NCBI GenBank assembly: GCA_965662235.1
Contig: CBFIGY010000003.1
Location: 64,001-128,000 of the forward strand
Source: an uncultured bacterium
Lineage (GTDB): Bacteria > SAR324 > NAC60-12
Length of the DNA: 64,000 nucleotides
Reading direction: 5' to 3'
Positions 1 through 9,822 of this stretch are shown here, one piece after another. The notes beneath the pieces were generated by a model that saw nothing but the letters and a program-made list of their open reading frames with translations, did no database searches and had not been told where the DNA came from. Made by a program: the position numbers and the translations under genes. Position 1 is the first letter of the stretch. Each line of letters opens with the position of its first letter.

Positions 1-58
1 GCAGCTGGTAGAGCGTCAGCAGATATTCTTCAATGACCTGGGAGTGTCTCTCACTCAT
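1..58 (-). CDS. DtxR/MntR-family metal-dependent regulator, N-terminal fragment (runs off the window edge)
   Basis: Hand translation of the reverse complement from ATG at 58 gives MSERHSQVIEEYLLTLYQL, matching the 'E(E/D)YL..IY.L' first helix of DtxR-family proteins; only 19 codons are visible. Confidence 0.6.
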   Translation of the reverse strand, partial: MSERHSQVIEEYLLTLYQL

Positions 59-337
59 GGCAACCGAGGACGAAGTGAACGAGGAACTAATTATCGTAGC
101 GGATTTCATGAACCGGGGCCAGATCTGACGACACTTTTTCACCCGGCTCTGGCGCAACCGCTTCCGCAGCGCTCGTGACCGTTGGCGCGTTTTCTTGCAC
201 TTGTTGCTTCAGGGGCTTCCGGATAGAGTACCGATCAAGCCCGTGCGTTCCGCAGGAGCGGGCAGTTGCAGGTCACAGAAACTGAAGGAGCGCCAGCAGC
301 GCCCCATCCGGAGCAGGACGGGAGAAAGAAGGGGAGG

Positions 338-362
338 GCGCTGCTTCAGAAGAGAGGCAGCG
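338..362 (-). terminator. Possible intrinsic terminator for the 407..649 gene
   Basis: Stem GCGCTGCTT...AGGCAGCGC followed on the minus strand by a pyrimidine-rich tract. Confidence 0.35.
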
Positions 363-406
363 CGACACAAGACAGGGAAGGGCTGAGGCGAGAAACGCCT
401 AGAAAC

Positions 407-649
407 TCAGCGAGGATCCATGTTGAAGACCATCCAGATCAGCCCAATGGTGGCCAATGTTGCCACCACAAACATGAGCTGGCTGGCAATCAGGTCCGTT
501 CCACGGCTGACTCCATACTCCCCAGCTTCTCGCTTGCGGAGCAGTTCTTCATCGTGCTTCTTGGCCGCTTCAATGTCTGCAGCCCGGAGCCGTTGCTCTT
601 CTTCAAAGTACTCTTCCACCTCTTTGATCAATGCCTGATCTTCGCTCAT
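407..649 (-). CDS. Small hypothetical protein (80 aa), charged helical N-terminus and a C-terminal TM helix
   Basis: MSEDQALIKEVEEYFEEEQRL...LMFVVATLATIGLIWMVFNMDPR; ATG at 649 preferred over the track start at 871, which overlaps cbiB. Confidence 0.65.
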   Translation of the reverse strand: MSEDQALIKEVEEYFEEEQRLRAADIEAAKKHDEELLRKREAGEYGVSRGTDLIASQLMFVVATLATIGLIWMVFNMDPR

Positions 650-818
650 TCCACACCTTGATAATTGAGAAACTTCTTTTGAAAAAAACAGAATCCGGGC
701 CAACCTTAGCACAACTCTCAGCAGAGACCAAGCACCAAACGCACGCAACCGGGCTTTCCGCCGTCTGTCCCTTCGGGGGCTCCTGCTTTTTCCCCACCAC
801 TGCTCGCCCCTCTGCCGG

Positions 819-1796
819 ATGCTGAACTCGTCTCTGACCACGCTGATGCTCGACTCTCCGGCAGTGCTCATTGGGGTGGCCTTCCTGTTGGACCTTCTGT
901 TCGGTGACCCCGTTTACCGCTGGCACCCGGTTCGGCTCATTGGTCAGGCCATTGCCCGGCTGGAAGCGACTCTGCGTGCACGGCAGGAAGCCGGATTTCG
1001 AGGTGGCATCGTCTTGACGCTGGGAGTGGTTTCCGGGACTCTATTAGCGGTTTTGTCCGCAGTGGCCTTTTTCTCGGCGCTGCACCCGCTCCTCGGCTGG
1101 GGCCTTTCGCTCTACTGGGCCTGGAGCTTCCTCGCCCTGAGGGACCTGCTCGGACACGCCTGGGCGGTTCGGCAGGCGCTTGCGGAAGAAGACCTCCAGG
1201 GCGCACGTCAGGCTGTCTCTCAGATGGTGGGGCGAGACACCCAGGCCCTTGATGCCGGAGCCTGCGGGCGGGCCGCGGTGGAGAGCGTTGCCGAAAACCT
1301 CTGCGACGGCGTCATTGCCCCGCTCTTCTGGTTTGCCCTGCTCGGGCTTCCGGGAATGGTGCTGTTCAAGGTGGTCAACACATTGGACTCCATGGTCGGG
1401 TACCGGACAGAACAGTACCGGCAGTTTGGCTGGGCCAGCGCACGGCTCGATGACGTCCTCTGCTGGCTCCCGGCTCGCCTGACCTTTGGTCTGCTGGTGG
1501 CGGGCGCCTGGCTGCTTCCCGGATACTCCGCCTCACAGGCGTGGCGCATTGGCCTCCGGGACCGACACCACACCGCCAGTCCCAACGCGGGGTGGAGCGA
1601 AGCCGCCGCGGCCGGGGCCTTGAACGTGCGGCTCCGGGGGCCCATTTGGCGCAACGGACAGCTGAGCAGTGACGACTGGATTGGTCCCCAAACCGCCTCA
1701 GAAACCGTGGGCCCTGACGCCTTGACTCGCATGAACCGCCTCGCGTTTGCCGCTTCCCTGCTGGCACTGCTGTTGCTGCTCGGAGGGCTGCCATGA
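819..1796 (+). CDS. cbiB: Adenosylcobinamide-phosphate synthase CbiB/CobD
   Basis: Motifs GDP...HPV, VGRDT, ESVAENLCDG, VNTLDSMVGY, SPNAGW; start may be the ATG at 846. Confidence 0.95.
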   Translation: MLNSSLTTLMLDSPAVLIGVAFLLDLLFGDPVYRWHPVRLIGQAIARLEATLRARQEAGFRGGIVLTLGVVSGTLLAVLSAVAFFSALHPLLGWGLSLYWAWSFLALRDLLGHAWAVRQALAEEDLQGARQAVSQMVGRDTQALDAGACGRAAVESVAENLCDGVIAPLFWFALLGLPGMVLFKVVNTLDSMVGYRTEQYRQFGWASARLDDVLCWLPARLTFGLLVAGAWLLPGYSASQAWRIGLRDRHHTASPNAGWSEAAAAGALNVRLRGPIWRNGQLSSDDWIGPQTASETVGPDALTRMNRLAFAASLLALLLLLGGLP

Positions 1797-2308
1797 AGGT
1801 TCTGGTGACCGGAGGGGTCAAAAGCGGAAAGTCCCGCTTTGCGGAACAGCGGACCCTGGCTCTGGCGACGCAACAACGGCCCATCTACTTGGCCACAACG
1901 GAGTTCCGGGACCCGGAGCTGGATGCCCGCATTCAGGTGCATCAGGAACGCCGTGGGCAACGCTTTGAAACCCGGGAGGCACCGCTCGATCTGGCTCAGG
2001 CGGTGGCCGACACCGACGCTCCGGTGCTGGTGGAGTGCCTGACCATGTGGCTCAACAACTGGCTGTACCATCAGCGGTCGGAAGAAGCCGCGTTTGCCGA
2101 AATCCAACGCCTGCTGGCGCTTCCCAACGATCTGGTGTTGGTGCTCAACGAAGTTGGACTGGGCCTGATCCCGGACAATGAACTCGCCCGTCAGTTTGCC
2201 GATCTCTCCGGAAAGGTGGGGCAGCAGCTAGGGGCGGCCTGTCATGAAACCTGGTGGGTGGTCGCCGGCCTCCCCCAACGGATCCATTCAAATAAGGAGT
2301 TTTCTTGA
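1793..2308 (+). CDS. cobU: Bifunctional adenosylcobinamide kinase / cobinamide-phosphate guanylyltransferase
   Basis: TGGVKSGKS P-loop, YLAT, RIQVHQERR, ECLTMWLNN, NEVGLG, VAGLP; ATGA overlap with cbiB. Confidence 0.95.
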   Translation: MKVLVTGGVKSGKSRFAEQRTLALATQQRPIYLATTEFRDPELDARIQVHQERRGQRFETREAPLDLAQAVADTDAPVLVECLTMWLNNWLYHQRSEEAAFAEIQRLLALPNDLVLVLNEVGLGLIPDNELARQFADLSGKVGQQLGAACHETWWVVAGLPQRIHSNKEFS

Positions 2309-3411
2309 GTCATTTTGGAATCATGGTGTGCGGTCACGGAAGCCGTGACGAAAAGGCGGTCGAAGAGTTTCAATCCGTCGCCCGGGGCCTCCGGGAACGG
2401 CTTCCGCAGTATGAAACCGATTGGGGCTTCCTGGAGTTTGCCACCCCCATCATCCGCGATGGACTGAACGCGCTCCGGGAGAAGGGCGTGAAGGAGGTCC
2501 TTGCGGTGCCAGGAATGCTCTTTGCGGCAGGACATGCCAAGAACGACATCCCCTCCGTCCTCAACACCTACCAGGCCCAGCATGACGGGATGACCATCCG
2601 GTACGGACGCGAATTGGGCATTGATACCAAGCTCCTCCGGGCCGCTGGGGAACGCATTGAAAGCGCGTTGGCCGAGGTCGATCCGACGATCCCACGCCAC
2701 GAAACCCTGCTCGTTGTGGTGGGCCGAGGCTCCTCAGATCCCGACGCCAATTCGAACATCAGCAAGGTTGCCCGGATGCTCTGGGAAGGCCTAGGGTTCG
2801 GCTGGGCTGAGGTCGCTTATTCAGGAGTCACCTTTCCCCTCGTGGAGCCGGCGCTGGAGCATGCCACCCGCCTGGGCTTCCGACGGATTGTCGTCTTTCC
2901 CTACTTCCTCTTCACCGGCATCCTCGTCCGGCGGATCTACGATCACACCGACCTGGTTGCGGCGCGGCATCCGGAGATCGAATTCGTCAAGGCTTCCTAC
3001 CTCAACGACCATCCGCTGGTGCTGGACACCTTTGCGGACCGTGTTCAGGAAATTCTGAGCGGCACCAACGTCATGAACTGCCAGCTCTGCAAGTACCGCG
3101 AGCAGGTGCTCGGCTTTGAAGCTGAAGTGGGCCTGCCCCAAGAGAGCCACCACCACCATGTGGAAGGCATTGGCACCGGAAACCTCGACCAGGCCGTTGA
3201 GTATGGCGCCGACGCCCCTGAATCCGATCACCACCACCATGATCATGGACACGGGCATGAACACGGGCACTCCCACAGTCATGAGCACGGGCACGATCAT
3301 GGACACGGACATGGGCATGATCACGGACATCACCATCCCACCCACCCGCACGCGAACCATCCGCTCGGACCGGTTTCGCTGAAACGCCTCAAATCCCTCA
3401 AGCCGGAATGA
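2305..3411 (+). CDS. cbiX: Sirohydrochlorin cobaltochelatase CbiX (long form, His-rich tail)
   Basis: GHGSRD, FLEFA.P, HAKNDIP, GRGSSDPDANS, PYFLFTG, MNCQLCKY Fe-S motif, poly-His tail; TTG start. Confidence 0.93.
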   Translation: MSHFGIMVCGHGSRDEKAVEEFQSVARGLRERLPQYETDWGFLEFATPIIRDGLNALREKGVKEVLAVPGMLFAAGHAKNDIPSVLNTYQAQHDGMTIRYGRELGIDTKLLRAAGERIESALAEVDPTIPRHETLLVVVGRGSSDPDANSNISKVARMLWEGLGFGWAEVAYSGVTFPLVEPALEHATRLGFRRIVVFPYFLFTGILVRRIYDHTDLVAARHPEIEFVKASYLNDHPLVLDTFADRVQEILSGTNVMNCQLCKYREQVLGFEAEVGLPQESHHHHVEGIGTGNLDQAVEYGADAPESDHHHHDHGHGHEHGHSHSHEHGHDHGHGHGHDHGHHHPTHPHANHPLGPVSLKRLKSLKPE

Positions 3412-4064
3412 TTGACTACCTGAAAGATCCGGAAGCCATCTACCGAGAATCCTTTGCCACCGTCCGACGTGAGACGGATTTTGGAGACCTTCCTCCGGAC
3501 CTGGCCGAAGTCGCCGTCCGCATCATCCACTCCTGTGGCATGACGGACATTCCCCCCGCCCTCGGGTACAGCCTCGACTCGGTGCGCTCCGGCATCCACG
3601 CCCTTCAGGCCGGAGCTCCCATCCTCTGCGACGTCAACATGGTGGAAGACGGCATCATCAAGCGGTTCCTTCCGGCACAGAACTCCACGTGGTGCTGCAT
3701 TGACGACATGGACGTGGCGCAGGACGCCCGCCGCCGCGGGATCACGCGTTCCGCAGTCGCGACGGAACGGTGGCTGCCGTACCTGCTTGATGCCATTGTG
3801 GTCATCGGTAACGCTCCCACTGCGCTCTTCCGTCTGCTGGAAGGATTGGAGGAAGAAGGGTGGCCGCACCCAGCGCTGATCCTTGGCTTTCCTGTGGGCT
3901 TCATTGGCGCCGCCGAGTCCAAGATCAGCCTCTCCGAAAAAGCGCAGGCGCTGGAAATCCCCTTCATGACCCTTCACGGTCGCCGAGGAGGCAGTGCCAT
4001 TGCCGCAGCCGCTCTGAACGCTGTTGCCGTCCTCAGCCGCGAGTCAACGGTTCCTGACCCTTAA
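3408..4064 (+). CDS. cobH: Precorrin-8X methylmutase CobH/CbiC
   Basis: IYRESF, RIIHSCG, IGNAPTALF, GFPVGFIGAAESK, GRRGGSAIAAA. Confidence 0.95.
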   Translation: MIDYLKDPEAIYRESFATVRRETDFGDLPPDLAEVAVRIIHSCGMTDIPPALGYSLDSVRSGIHALQAGAPILCDVNMVEDGIIKRFLPAQNSTWCCIDDMDVAQDARRRGITRSAVATERWLPYLLDAIVVIGNAPTALFRLLEGLEEEGWPHPALILGFPVGFIGAAESKISLSEKAQALEIPFMTLHGRRGGSAIAAAALNAVAVLSRESTVPDP

Positions 4065-4121
4065 TCTCCGGAGGTCCCGGGGTCTGAGGTTCGTCCCCAC
4101 CGACTCACCTTCTCGCAGACT

Positions 4122-4478
4122 TCACACTCTGAGTCGTTGTTGGTGAAGGGGACCTTTCTGCAGGAACGCTTTTTCTAGATCTCTCTGCAGGATAGTTTTG
4201 TCTAGATCCACCTGAGGAGAGGGGTGAGAGGAGGGGTTGGCCTGTGCCTGAGGAACGGAAAAAGAGCGCATAAACCGTTGAAGACGTTTAAAGCTGGAGG
4301 AGGGTTTGGCGGAAGTGACCATCTTGCGAGAGAGGTCCATCAGATTCACACTCCGGGCTCGCAGCAGGGCTTGGACAAATTGGCTCGTGACCTCAAGCTT
4401 GGGCTTGCTCCAAGGAAGGTGCGTCCGAAGAGCTCGGCGGAGCGCGGTGACGGGGGTGGGCGGTGGAGTCATCGTCAA
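4122..4478 (-). mobile_element. Truncated IS4-family-like transposase remnant (N-terminal DNA-binding part only)
   Basis: LRTHLPW...RSVNLMDLS...AKPSSSFKRLQRF resembles the 'TVNL..LA....AK..S.YKRLQRF' N-terminus of IS4-type transposases (recalled); no DDE domain; opposite strand within the cob cluster. Confidence 0.65.
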
Positions 4479-4647
4479 ATCAAATTGTTAGCCTTATCCA
4501 GCTGATCTTGCATGACCCACTTCTGGGCATTCCTCCACTGTACCCCACTTGAATCGGCTTGCACAAGTACCTGATTTCTTGTGTAGTTGAGCCCGGTTGA
4601 CGGGGGCTGGGCCCCGTCAGGCAAGGACTTTTAATCTCTGGTTGGAT

Positions 4648-5889
4648 ATGAATGCGTCTGTTGCGCCATGGCTGAGCGTCATTGGCATTGGTGAAGATGG
4701 CTGGCCCGGGTTGGGGCTGGAGGCGCAGCAGCGTCTTTCAGAGGCCCAGGTCGTCTTTGGCAGTCCCCGGCACCTGAGCCTGCTGCCAGACGCCATCACG
4801 CCGTCTCGGTACACGTGGTCCAAGCGCATGGAAGACGACTTCCCCCGGATCCGGGAGTTTGGCATGGGAGCCGTGGTGCTTGCCACTGGAGACCCCCTCT
4901 GCTACGGCGTTGGCGCCAAGCTGCTCCGGGAGGGATTTACCGCCGAGGAGGTCCGCTTCCTGCCGATGCCTTCCGCCTACTCCCTGGCCTGCGCACGGTT
5001 GGGGTGGTCGCTTCCAGAAGTGGAGTTGCTCACGGTACACGGGCGCCCGCTGGAGACCCTGCACCCCTTTGTGCAGCCTCAGGTGAAGCTGCTCATCCTC
5101 AGCTGGAATGGCACCAGTCCGCAACAGGTGGCGGACCTTCTGACCGCCCGGGGCTTTGGTCCCAGCCGCCTGACGGTGCTGGAGCACCTAGGAGGCGCAC
5201 AGGAAAACGCCTTTGCAGGCGTCGCGGAGTCCTGGAGCCATCCCGAAGGAGCGTCTCTGAACGTCATTGGCGTGGAGTGCCTTCCAGGGCCTCAGGTGAA
5301 GCTGCTGCCACGGCTTCCGGGACTCACCGATGACGCGTTTGAACATGATGGGAAGCTGACGAAGCGCGAGGTCCGGGCGGCAACGCTGGCGAAGCTGATG
5401 CCACTGCCTGGGCAGCGACTTTGGGACCTTGGGGCCGGAAGTGGCTCGGTGGCCATTGAGTGGCTCCGGAGTGATCCTCGCAACACCGCTGTTGCGGTGG
5501 AGCGGCACCCGGAACGGTTGACGTGGCTGGAACGCAATGCGGTTGCGCTTGGGGTCCGGCCTCGTCTGGAAATCCTTTCCGGTTCTCTGGAAGACCGCCT
5601 GCCGCACCTTCCGGAGCCAGACGCTGTCTTCATTGGTGGAGGGCTTTCTGCAGACGTGCTTTCCGCGTCCTGGGAGGCTCTGCGTCCGTGGGGCCGCCTG
5701 GTCGCCAATGCTGTCACCCTAGAGAGCGAGCAGGTCCTCCTGGCGTGGCAAGCGGAGCACGGAGGAGAGTTGACGCGCCTCAGCCTCGCCCGTGCAGAAC
5801 CGGTGGGGCCCTACCAGGGCTGGCGCGCCTTGATGCCGGTCACCCAGTACAGTCGCCTCAAGCCTCCTTCCAACGTTTCAAATTTGTAA
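4648..5889 (+). CDS. cobL: Precorrin-6Y C5,15-methyltransferase (decarboxylating), fused CbiE-CbiT (CobL)
   Basis: VIGIGEDG, ATGDPLCYGVG, HDGKLTKREVR, WDLGAGSGSV, VFIGGG, VANAVTLES; ATG at 4648 preferred. Confidence 0.93.
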   Translation: MNASVAPWLSVIGIGEDGWPGLGLEAQQRLSEAQVVFGSPRHLSLLPDAITPSRYTWSKRMEDDFPRIREFGMGAVVLATGDPLCYGVGAKLLREGFTAEEVRFLPMPSAYSLACARLGWSLPEVELLTVHGRPLETLHPFVQPQVKLLILSWNGTSPQQVADLLTARGFGPSRLTVLEHLGGAQENAFAGVAESWSHPEGASLNVIGVECLPGPQVKLLPRLPGLTDDAFEHDGKLTKREVRAATLAKLMPLPGQRLWDLGAGSGSVAIEWLRSDPRNTAVAVERHPERLTWLERNAVALGVRPRLEILSGSLEDRLPHLPEPDAVFIGGGLSADVLSASWEALRPWGRLVANAVTLESEQVLLAWQAEHGGELTRLSLARAEPVGPYQGWRALMPVTQYSRLKPPSNVSNL

Positions 5890-5976
5890 GGTTCACGCAA
5901 GAGAGGCGCAACAAAGACGCCGTAGACTGATGATCAGTTCCATTGCGTTTTGTCCCTCTTGCGCCTCACGGTCCTC

Positions 5977-6615
5977 ATGAAACGTTTTTCCTTCAGCCCG
6001 GAAGGGGTGGTGCACCTCTTTGCCGCCCTCCAGTTGGTCAAGCTCGGCATTGCCTCCACCTCTGAGCGGGGACACATCCTCTCCCATGTTTCAGGCGAGG
6101 CGGCCATGACCTTTCTGCTCCTCAGCCTGGTCATGACCCCTTTGTTCCTCCTGACAGGAAAGAGCTTCCTGCCACGGCTCAAGAAGCCCTTGGGCCTCTA
6201 TGCCTTTTTTCTCAGCAGCCTGCACCTGGGCCTTTATGCGTTTGAGGAGCACTGGGACGTGTGGAAGCTCTGGGACCAGAGCCTGGAGGATCCGTCGTTC
6301 TGGGCAGCATGGGTCGCCTTGCTGGGCATGGTGCCCTTGGCTGTGACCTCCACCCGAGGATGGATGCGTCGTCTGGGCAGGCGCTGGAAGCGGTTGCACC
6401 AGGTCGTGTACGTCCTCTCCATTGCTGCTGTGATCCACGTCTTCCTTCTGGAAGATGGGTTGGAAAAAGGCGCTTTTTACAGTATCCTACTGCTGACCCT
6501 ACTCAGCCTTCGGCTTCCGTTTTTTCGACGATTCCTCGCTCAGCGGCGCCCCAGCGTCCTGAGGCTGCAGTCCCGATTGAACCCCCGTAAACTCATTTCA
6601 GCCCCTTCATCATGA
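5977..6615 (+). CDS. MsrQ/YedZ-like heme-b ferric-reductase-type membrane protein
   Basis: SG..A...LLLSL.MTP, LGLYAF.....LH, LAVTS...MRRLGRRWKRLHQVVY.....VIH; ATG at 5977 preferred over TTG at 5950. Confidence 0.85.
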   Translation: MKRFSFSPEGVVHLFAALQLVKLGIASTSERGHILSHVSGEAAMTFLLLSLVMTPLFLLTGKSFLPRLKKPLGLYAFFLSSLHLGLYAFEEHWDVWKLWDQSLEDPSFWAAWVALLGMVPLAVTSTRGWMRRLGRRWKRLHQVVYVLSIAAVIHVFLLEDGLEKGAFYSILLLTLLSLRLPFFRRFLAQRRPSVLRLQSRLNPRKLISAPSS

Positions 6616-7169
6616 AAGTTGTCTCTCCGTTCGCCCTTTCCCTGCTCCTGCTCCTCAATGCGGCAGCCACCGCCTCGGCGCAGGACGATTACCACTACCA
6701 GCGGGATCTGGGATTCTTCACCACCTTGTTCATGGAAAAGGAGATGCCCACGATCCAGAACAAGACCGTTCAGCAGGAGTGTGGCGCCTGCCACTGGGCG
6801 ATGCTTCCCGGGTTGCTCCCAGAGCGTTCCTGGAACCGGCTGATGCAGGAGCAGGCCAATCACTTTGGGGAAGACCTGGCGCTTGATGAACAGACTGCCA
6901 CGGAAATCCGGACGTACCTGACCACCCACGCTGCTGAGCTGACGCCCTCCAAGGTATCGGTCAAGGTTCTGGACAAGCTAGGAGACACCGAAGCCCCCTT
7001 GCGGATCTCTGAAACGGCCTACTGGAAGCGCAAGCACGAGGATCTGGTGGAGGACAACGTGTTTGACCGCAACTCCATCAAGAGCCCCGCCAACTGTGTG
7101 GCCTGCCACACCGATGTGGAACGGACCGGGCTCTTTGACGAAGACCTCGTGGAGATTCCTGTCAACTGA
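6612..7169 (+). CDS. Diheme cytochrome c (DHC family), secreted
   Basis: Signal peptide; ECGACH..M.PGLLP.RSW, HFGED, RISET.YW.RKH, ANCVACH. Confidence 0.9.
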   Translation: MKVVSPFALSLLLLLNAAATASAQDDYHYQRDLGFFTTLFMEKEMPTIQNKTVQQECGACHWAMLPGLLPERSWNRLMQEQANHFGEDLALDEQTATEIRTYLTTHAAELTPSKVSVKVLDKLGDTEAPLRISETAYWKRKHEDLVEDNVFDRNSIKSPANCVACHTDVERTGLFDEDLVEIPVN

Positions 7170-7179
7170 GCCCCTGCCC

Positions 7180-7200
7180 AGCGGAGGTTCGGCCTCCGCT
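7180..7200. terminator. Hairpin between convergent DHC and dehydratase genes
   Basis: AGCGGAGG-TTCGG-CCTCCGCT perfect 8-bp stem; no clear U-tract. Confidence 0.45.
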
Positions 7201-8992
7201 AGTGATTGTCGCGAGGCAGTCCCTTGCGCTGCGCAATGCGCTGGTACTTGACCGCCGGCTTGAGGACCATGCCTGCAGCCAGTTGATCCACACAGCCCCG
7301 CTGCAGTTCCTGCCAGGGCGTTTGCGATTCCGGGGAAGCGTAACCTCCAGCCTCCTCCAGTGCTGCTTGACGGCGGGCCCACTCGTCAGGCGCCACCAGC
7401 GCTTCCACCCGCCCCTGGTTCAGGTCCACCCGGACCCGGTCTCCTGTCTGCAGCAACGCCAAGCCACCTCCCACAGCCGCTTCCGGAGACGCATTGAGGA
7501 TGGAAGGGGATCCGGACGTTCCGGACTGGCGCCCGTCTCCAATGCACGGCAACTCCGAGATGCCCTGCTTGAGCAGGTAATCCGGCGCCCGCATGTTCAC
7601 CACCTCGGCGGCCCCCGGATACCCCACAGGCCCAGTTCCTCGGATGAAGAGGAGGCAGTGGGCATCAATGGCAAGGGCAGGATCGTCAATACGTTCGTGA
7701 TAATCCTCTGGGCCGTCAAAGACAATGGCCCGGCCCTCGAACGCATTGGGGTCTTCCGGATTGGAGAGGTACTGCTTTCGGAAGGCCTCTGAAAGCACAG
7801 AGGTCTTCATGATTGCGGCATCAAAGAGGTTTCCGCGCATGACCTTGAAGCCTGCATCAGGCTGCAGCGCTGTTTCAAAGGTCCGGATCACGTCGGCGTC
7901 TTCGCTCACCCGTCCTCTGCAGTTGTCCCCGATGGTTTGGCCATTCACAGTCAATGCAGTCTCATGGATGCGCCCATGCCGCATCAACTCGGCAACCACT
8001 ACCGGAACCCCACCTGCGTGGTGGTAGTCTTCCCCCAAATACGCGCCTGCGGGTTGCAGATTCACAAGCAGCGGAAGGTCCTGCCCCACTCGTTCCCAGT
8101 CTTCCAGCGTCAGCTCCACCCCAACGTGCCGAGCAATGGCGCTCAGGTGAATGGGCGCATTGGTTGATCCACCGATGGCGGTGTTGACCGCAATAGCGTT
8201 TTCAAAGGCCTCCTTGGTCAGAAGGTCTGAAGGCTTCAGGTCCTCCTCCACCAGCGCCACCGCCCGCTTTCCGGTTTCATACGCCATCTGCGCCCGCTCA
8301 CGATACGGAGCCGGAATGGAGGCGCATCCGGGCAGAGACATCCCAAGCGCCTCAGCCAGTGAGTTCATCGTGGTCGCCGTGCCCATGGTGTTGCAGTAAC
8401 CCGGAGACGGCGCCGAGGAGGCCACTAGGTCCACAAATCCCGTGTAATCAATTTCACCGCGCGCCATCATCTCCCGAGCCTTCCAGATGATGGTTCCGGA
8501 GCCGGTCCGCTCGCCCTTGAACCAGCCGTTGAGCATTGGCCCCCCGGAAAGGACAATCGCCGGAAGGTTGACGGTCGCAGCCGCCATCAGGCATGCCGGA
8601 GTGGTTTTGTCGCACCCCACGGTCAGGACGACCCCATCAAGCGGGTAACCGTAGAGCACCTCCACCAGTCCCAGGTACGCGAGGTTGCGGTCCAGCGACG
8701 CAGTGGGACGCTTCCCCGTCTCCTGAATCGGGTGCACCGGAAACTCAATGGCGATGCCTCCCGCTTCTCGGATGCCCTCCCGGACCCGCTGGGCCAGTTC
8801 CAGGTGAGGGCGATTGCAGGGAGAGAGGTCGGAGCCGGTCTGGGCAATGCCGATGATGGGCTTGCCGGACTGCAACTCCTCACGCGTCAGGCCATAGTTG
8901 AGGTAGCGCTCCAGGTACAGCGCCGTCATGTCGGGGTTGTCCGGATTGTCAAACCACGCCCGGGAACGCAGGCGCTTCGCTTCAGTTGCCAT
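7199..8992 (-). CDS. xylD: IlvD/Edd-family sugar-acid dehydratase, most like D-xylonate dehydratase
   Basis: N-terminus [26 protein letters not shown] typical of XylD-type enzymes; [33 protein letters not shown]; substrate is inferred. Confidence 0.8.
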   Translation of the reverse strand: MATEAKRLRSRAWFDNPDNPDMTALYLERYLNYGLTREELQSGKPIIGIAQTGSDLSPCNRPHLELAQRVREGIREAGGIAIEFPVHPIQETGKRPTASLDRNLAYLGLVEVLYGYPLDGVVLTVGCDKTTPACLMAAATVNLPAIVLSGGPMLNGWFKGERTGSGTIIWKAREMMARGEIDYTGFVDLVASSAPSPGYCNTMGTATTMNSLAEALGMSLPGCASIPAPYRERAQMAYETGKRAVALVEEDLKPSDLLTKEAFENAIAVNTAIGGSTNAPIHLSAIARHVGVELTLEDWERVGQDLPLLVNLQPAGAYLGEDYHHAGGVPVVVAELMRHGRIHETALTVNGQTIGDNCRGRVSEDADVIRTFETALQPDAGFKVMRGNLFDAAIMKTSVLSEAFRKQYLSNPEDPNAFEGRAIVFDGPEDYHERIDDPALAIDAHCLLFIRGTGPVGYPGAAEVVNMRAPDYLLKQGISELPCIGDGRQSGTSGSPSILNASPEAAVGGGLALLQTGDRVRVDLNQGRVEALVAPDEWARRQAALEEAGGYASPESQTPWQELQRGCVDQLAAGMVLKPAVKYQRIAQRKGLPRDNH

Positions 8993-9027
8993 GGGAGCCT
9001 TTCAGAGACAGGGAAGCTGCGGGAGGA

Positions 9028-9657
9028 TTACTTGGTGCCGAAGATGCGGTCTCCGGCGTCACCGAGTCCGGGAAGGATGTAGGCGTGGTCGTTGAGACAC
9101 CGGTCCACAGCAGCGGTGTAAATGGGGACATCCGGGTGCACCTCATGGAAGTGGCGGATGCCTTCTGGCGCTGCCAGCAGGGACACGAAGCGGATGTTGC
9201 TGGCGCCGTTTTCCTTCAACCGGGTCACCGCAGCAGCAGAGGAGTGCCCGGTCGCCAGCATTGGATCCAACGCCAGCACCAGCCGCTGGTCAATCAGGTC
9301 CGGAAGCTTGAGGTAGTACTCCACAGCCTGCAGGGTTTCCGGGTCCCGATACAGACCAATGTGCCCCACCCGAGCTGAAGGAATCATCTCCAGGAAGCCT
9401 TCCAGCAGGCCAATGCCTGCCCGGAGGATGGGCACCAGGCAGAGCTTCTTGCCCTCAAGAAACGGAGCCTGCATGCTTTCCAGCGGAGTTTCAATTTCCT
9501 CAGTGTGTGTGGGCAGGTCCTTGGTCACTTCATACGCCAGGAGCATTCCCACCTCGCGGGCCAGGTCCCGGAAGCTCTTGGTCGAGGTTTCCTGCATGCG
9601 CATGAGGGACAGCTTGTGCTGCACCAGGGGGTGGTGGATTTCAAAAAGTTCTTTCAT
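9028..9657 (-). CDS. upp: Uracil phosphoribosyltransferase
   Basis: [43 protein letters not shown] at 9657. Confidence 0.97.
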   Translation of the reverse strand: MKELFEIHHPLVQHKLSLMRMQETSTKSFRDLAREVGMLLAYEVTKDLPTHTEEIETPLESMQAPFLEGKKLCLVPILRAGIGLLEGFLEMIPSARVGHIGLYRDPETLQAVEYYLKLPDLIDQRLVLALDPMLATGHSSAAAVTRLKENGASNIRFVSLLAAPEGIRHFHEVHPDVPIYTAAVDRCLNDHAYILPGLGDAGDRIFGTK

Positions 9658-9822
9658 CAACACCGTCTTTTTCTGTTCCAAATCAGCGGGATCACGGACC
9701 TTACTGAAGACGGTAAGGCCGTTTGTCGACGAGAGTGTACACGAAGTTTTTCAGAAGCACGAGGGGGAAGGTGCTTGAAAGGAGGTGGGGTGGGAGCCCC
9801 CCTCAGGGAGCGCCCGGAGGGG

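Noticed and set aside
1..30. GCAGCTGGTAGAGCGTC resembles a tRNA D-arm
   Set aside because: No T-arm (GTTCRA) or acceptor stem follows, and the opposite strand reads as a DtxR N-terminus.
59..818. Cobalamin riboswitch near the cob genes (CCTGCAACTG on the minus strand near 263-272)
   Set aside because: The other conserved elements (GGGAA..GGTG..AATCC, GCCACTG, AGACCTGCC) are not present in order.
3229..3350. Short tandem CAT/CAC/GGA repeats
   Set aside because: They encode the CbiX His tail; there are no spacers, so this is not a CRISPR or non-coding array.
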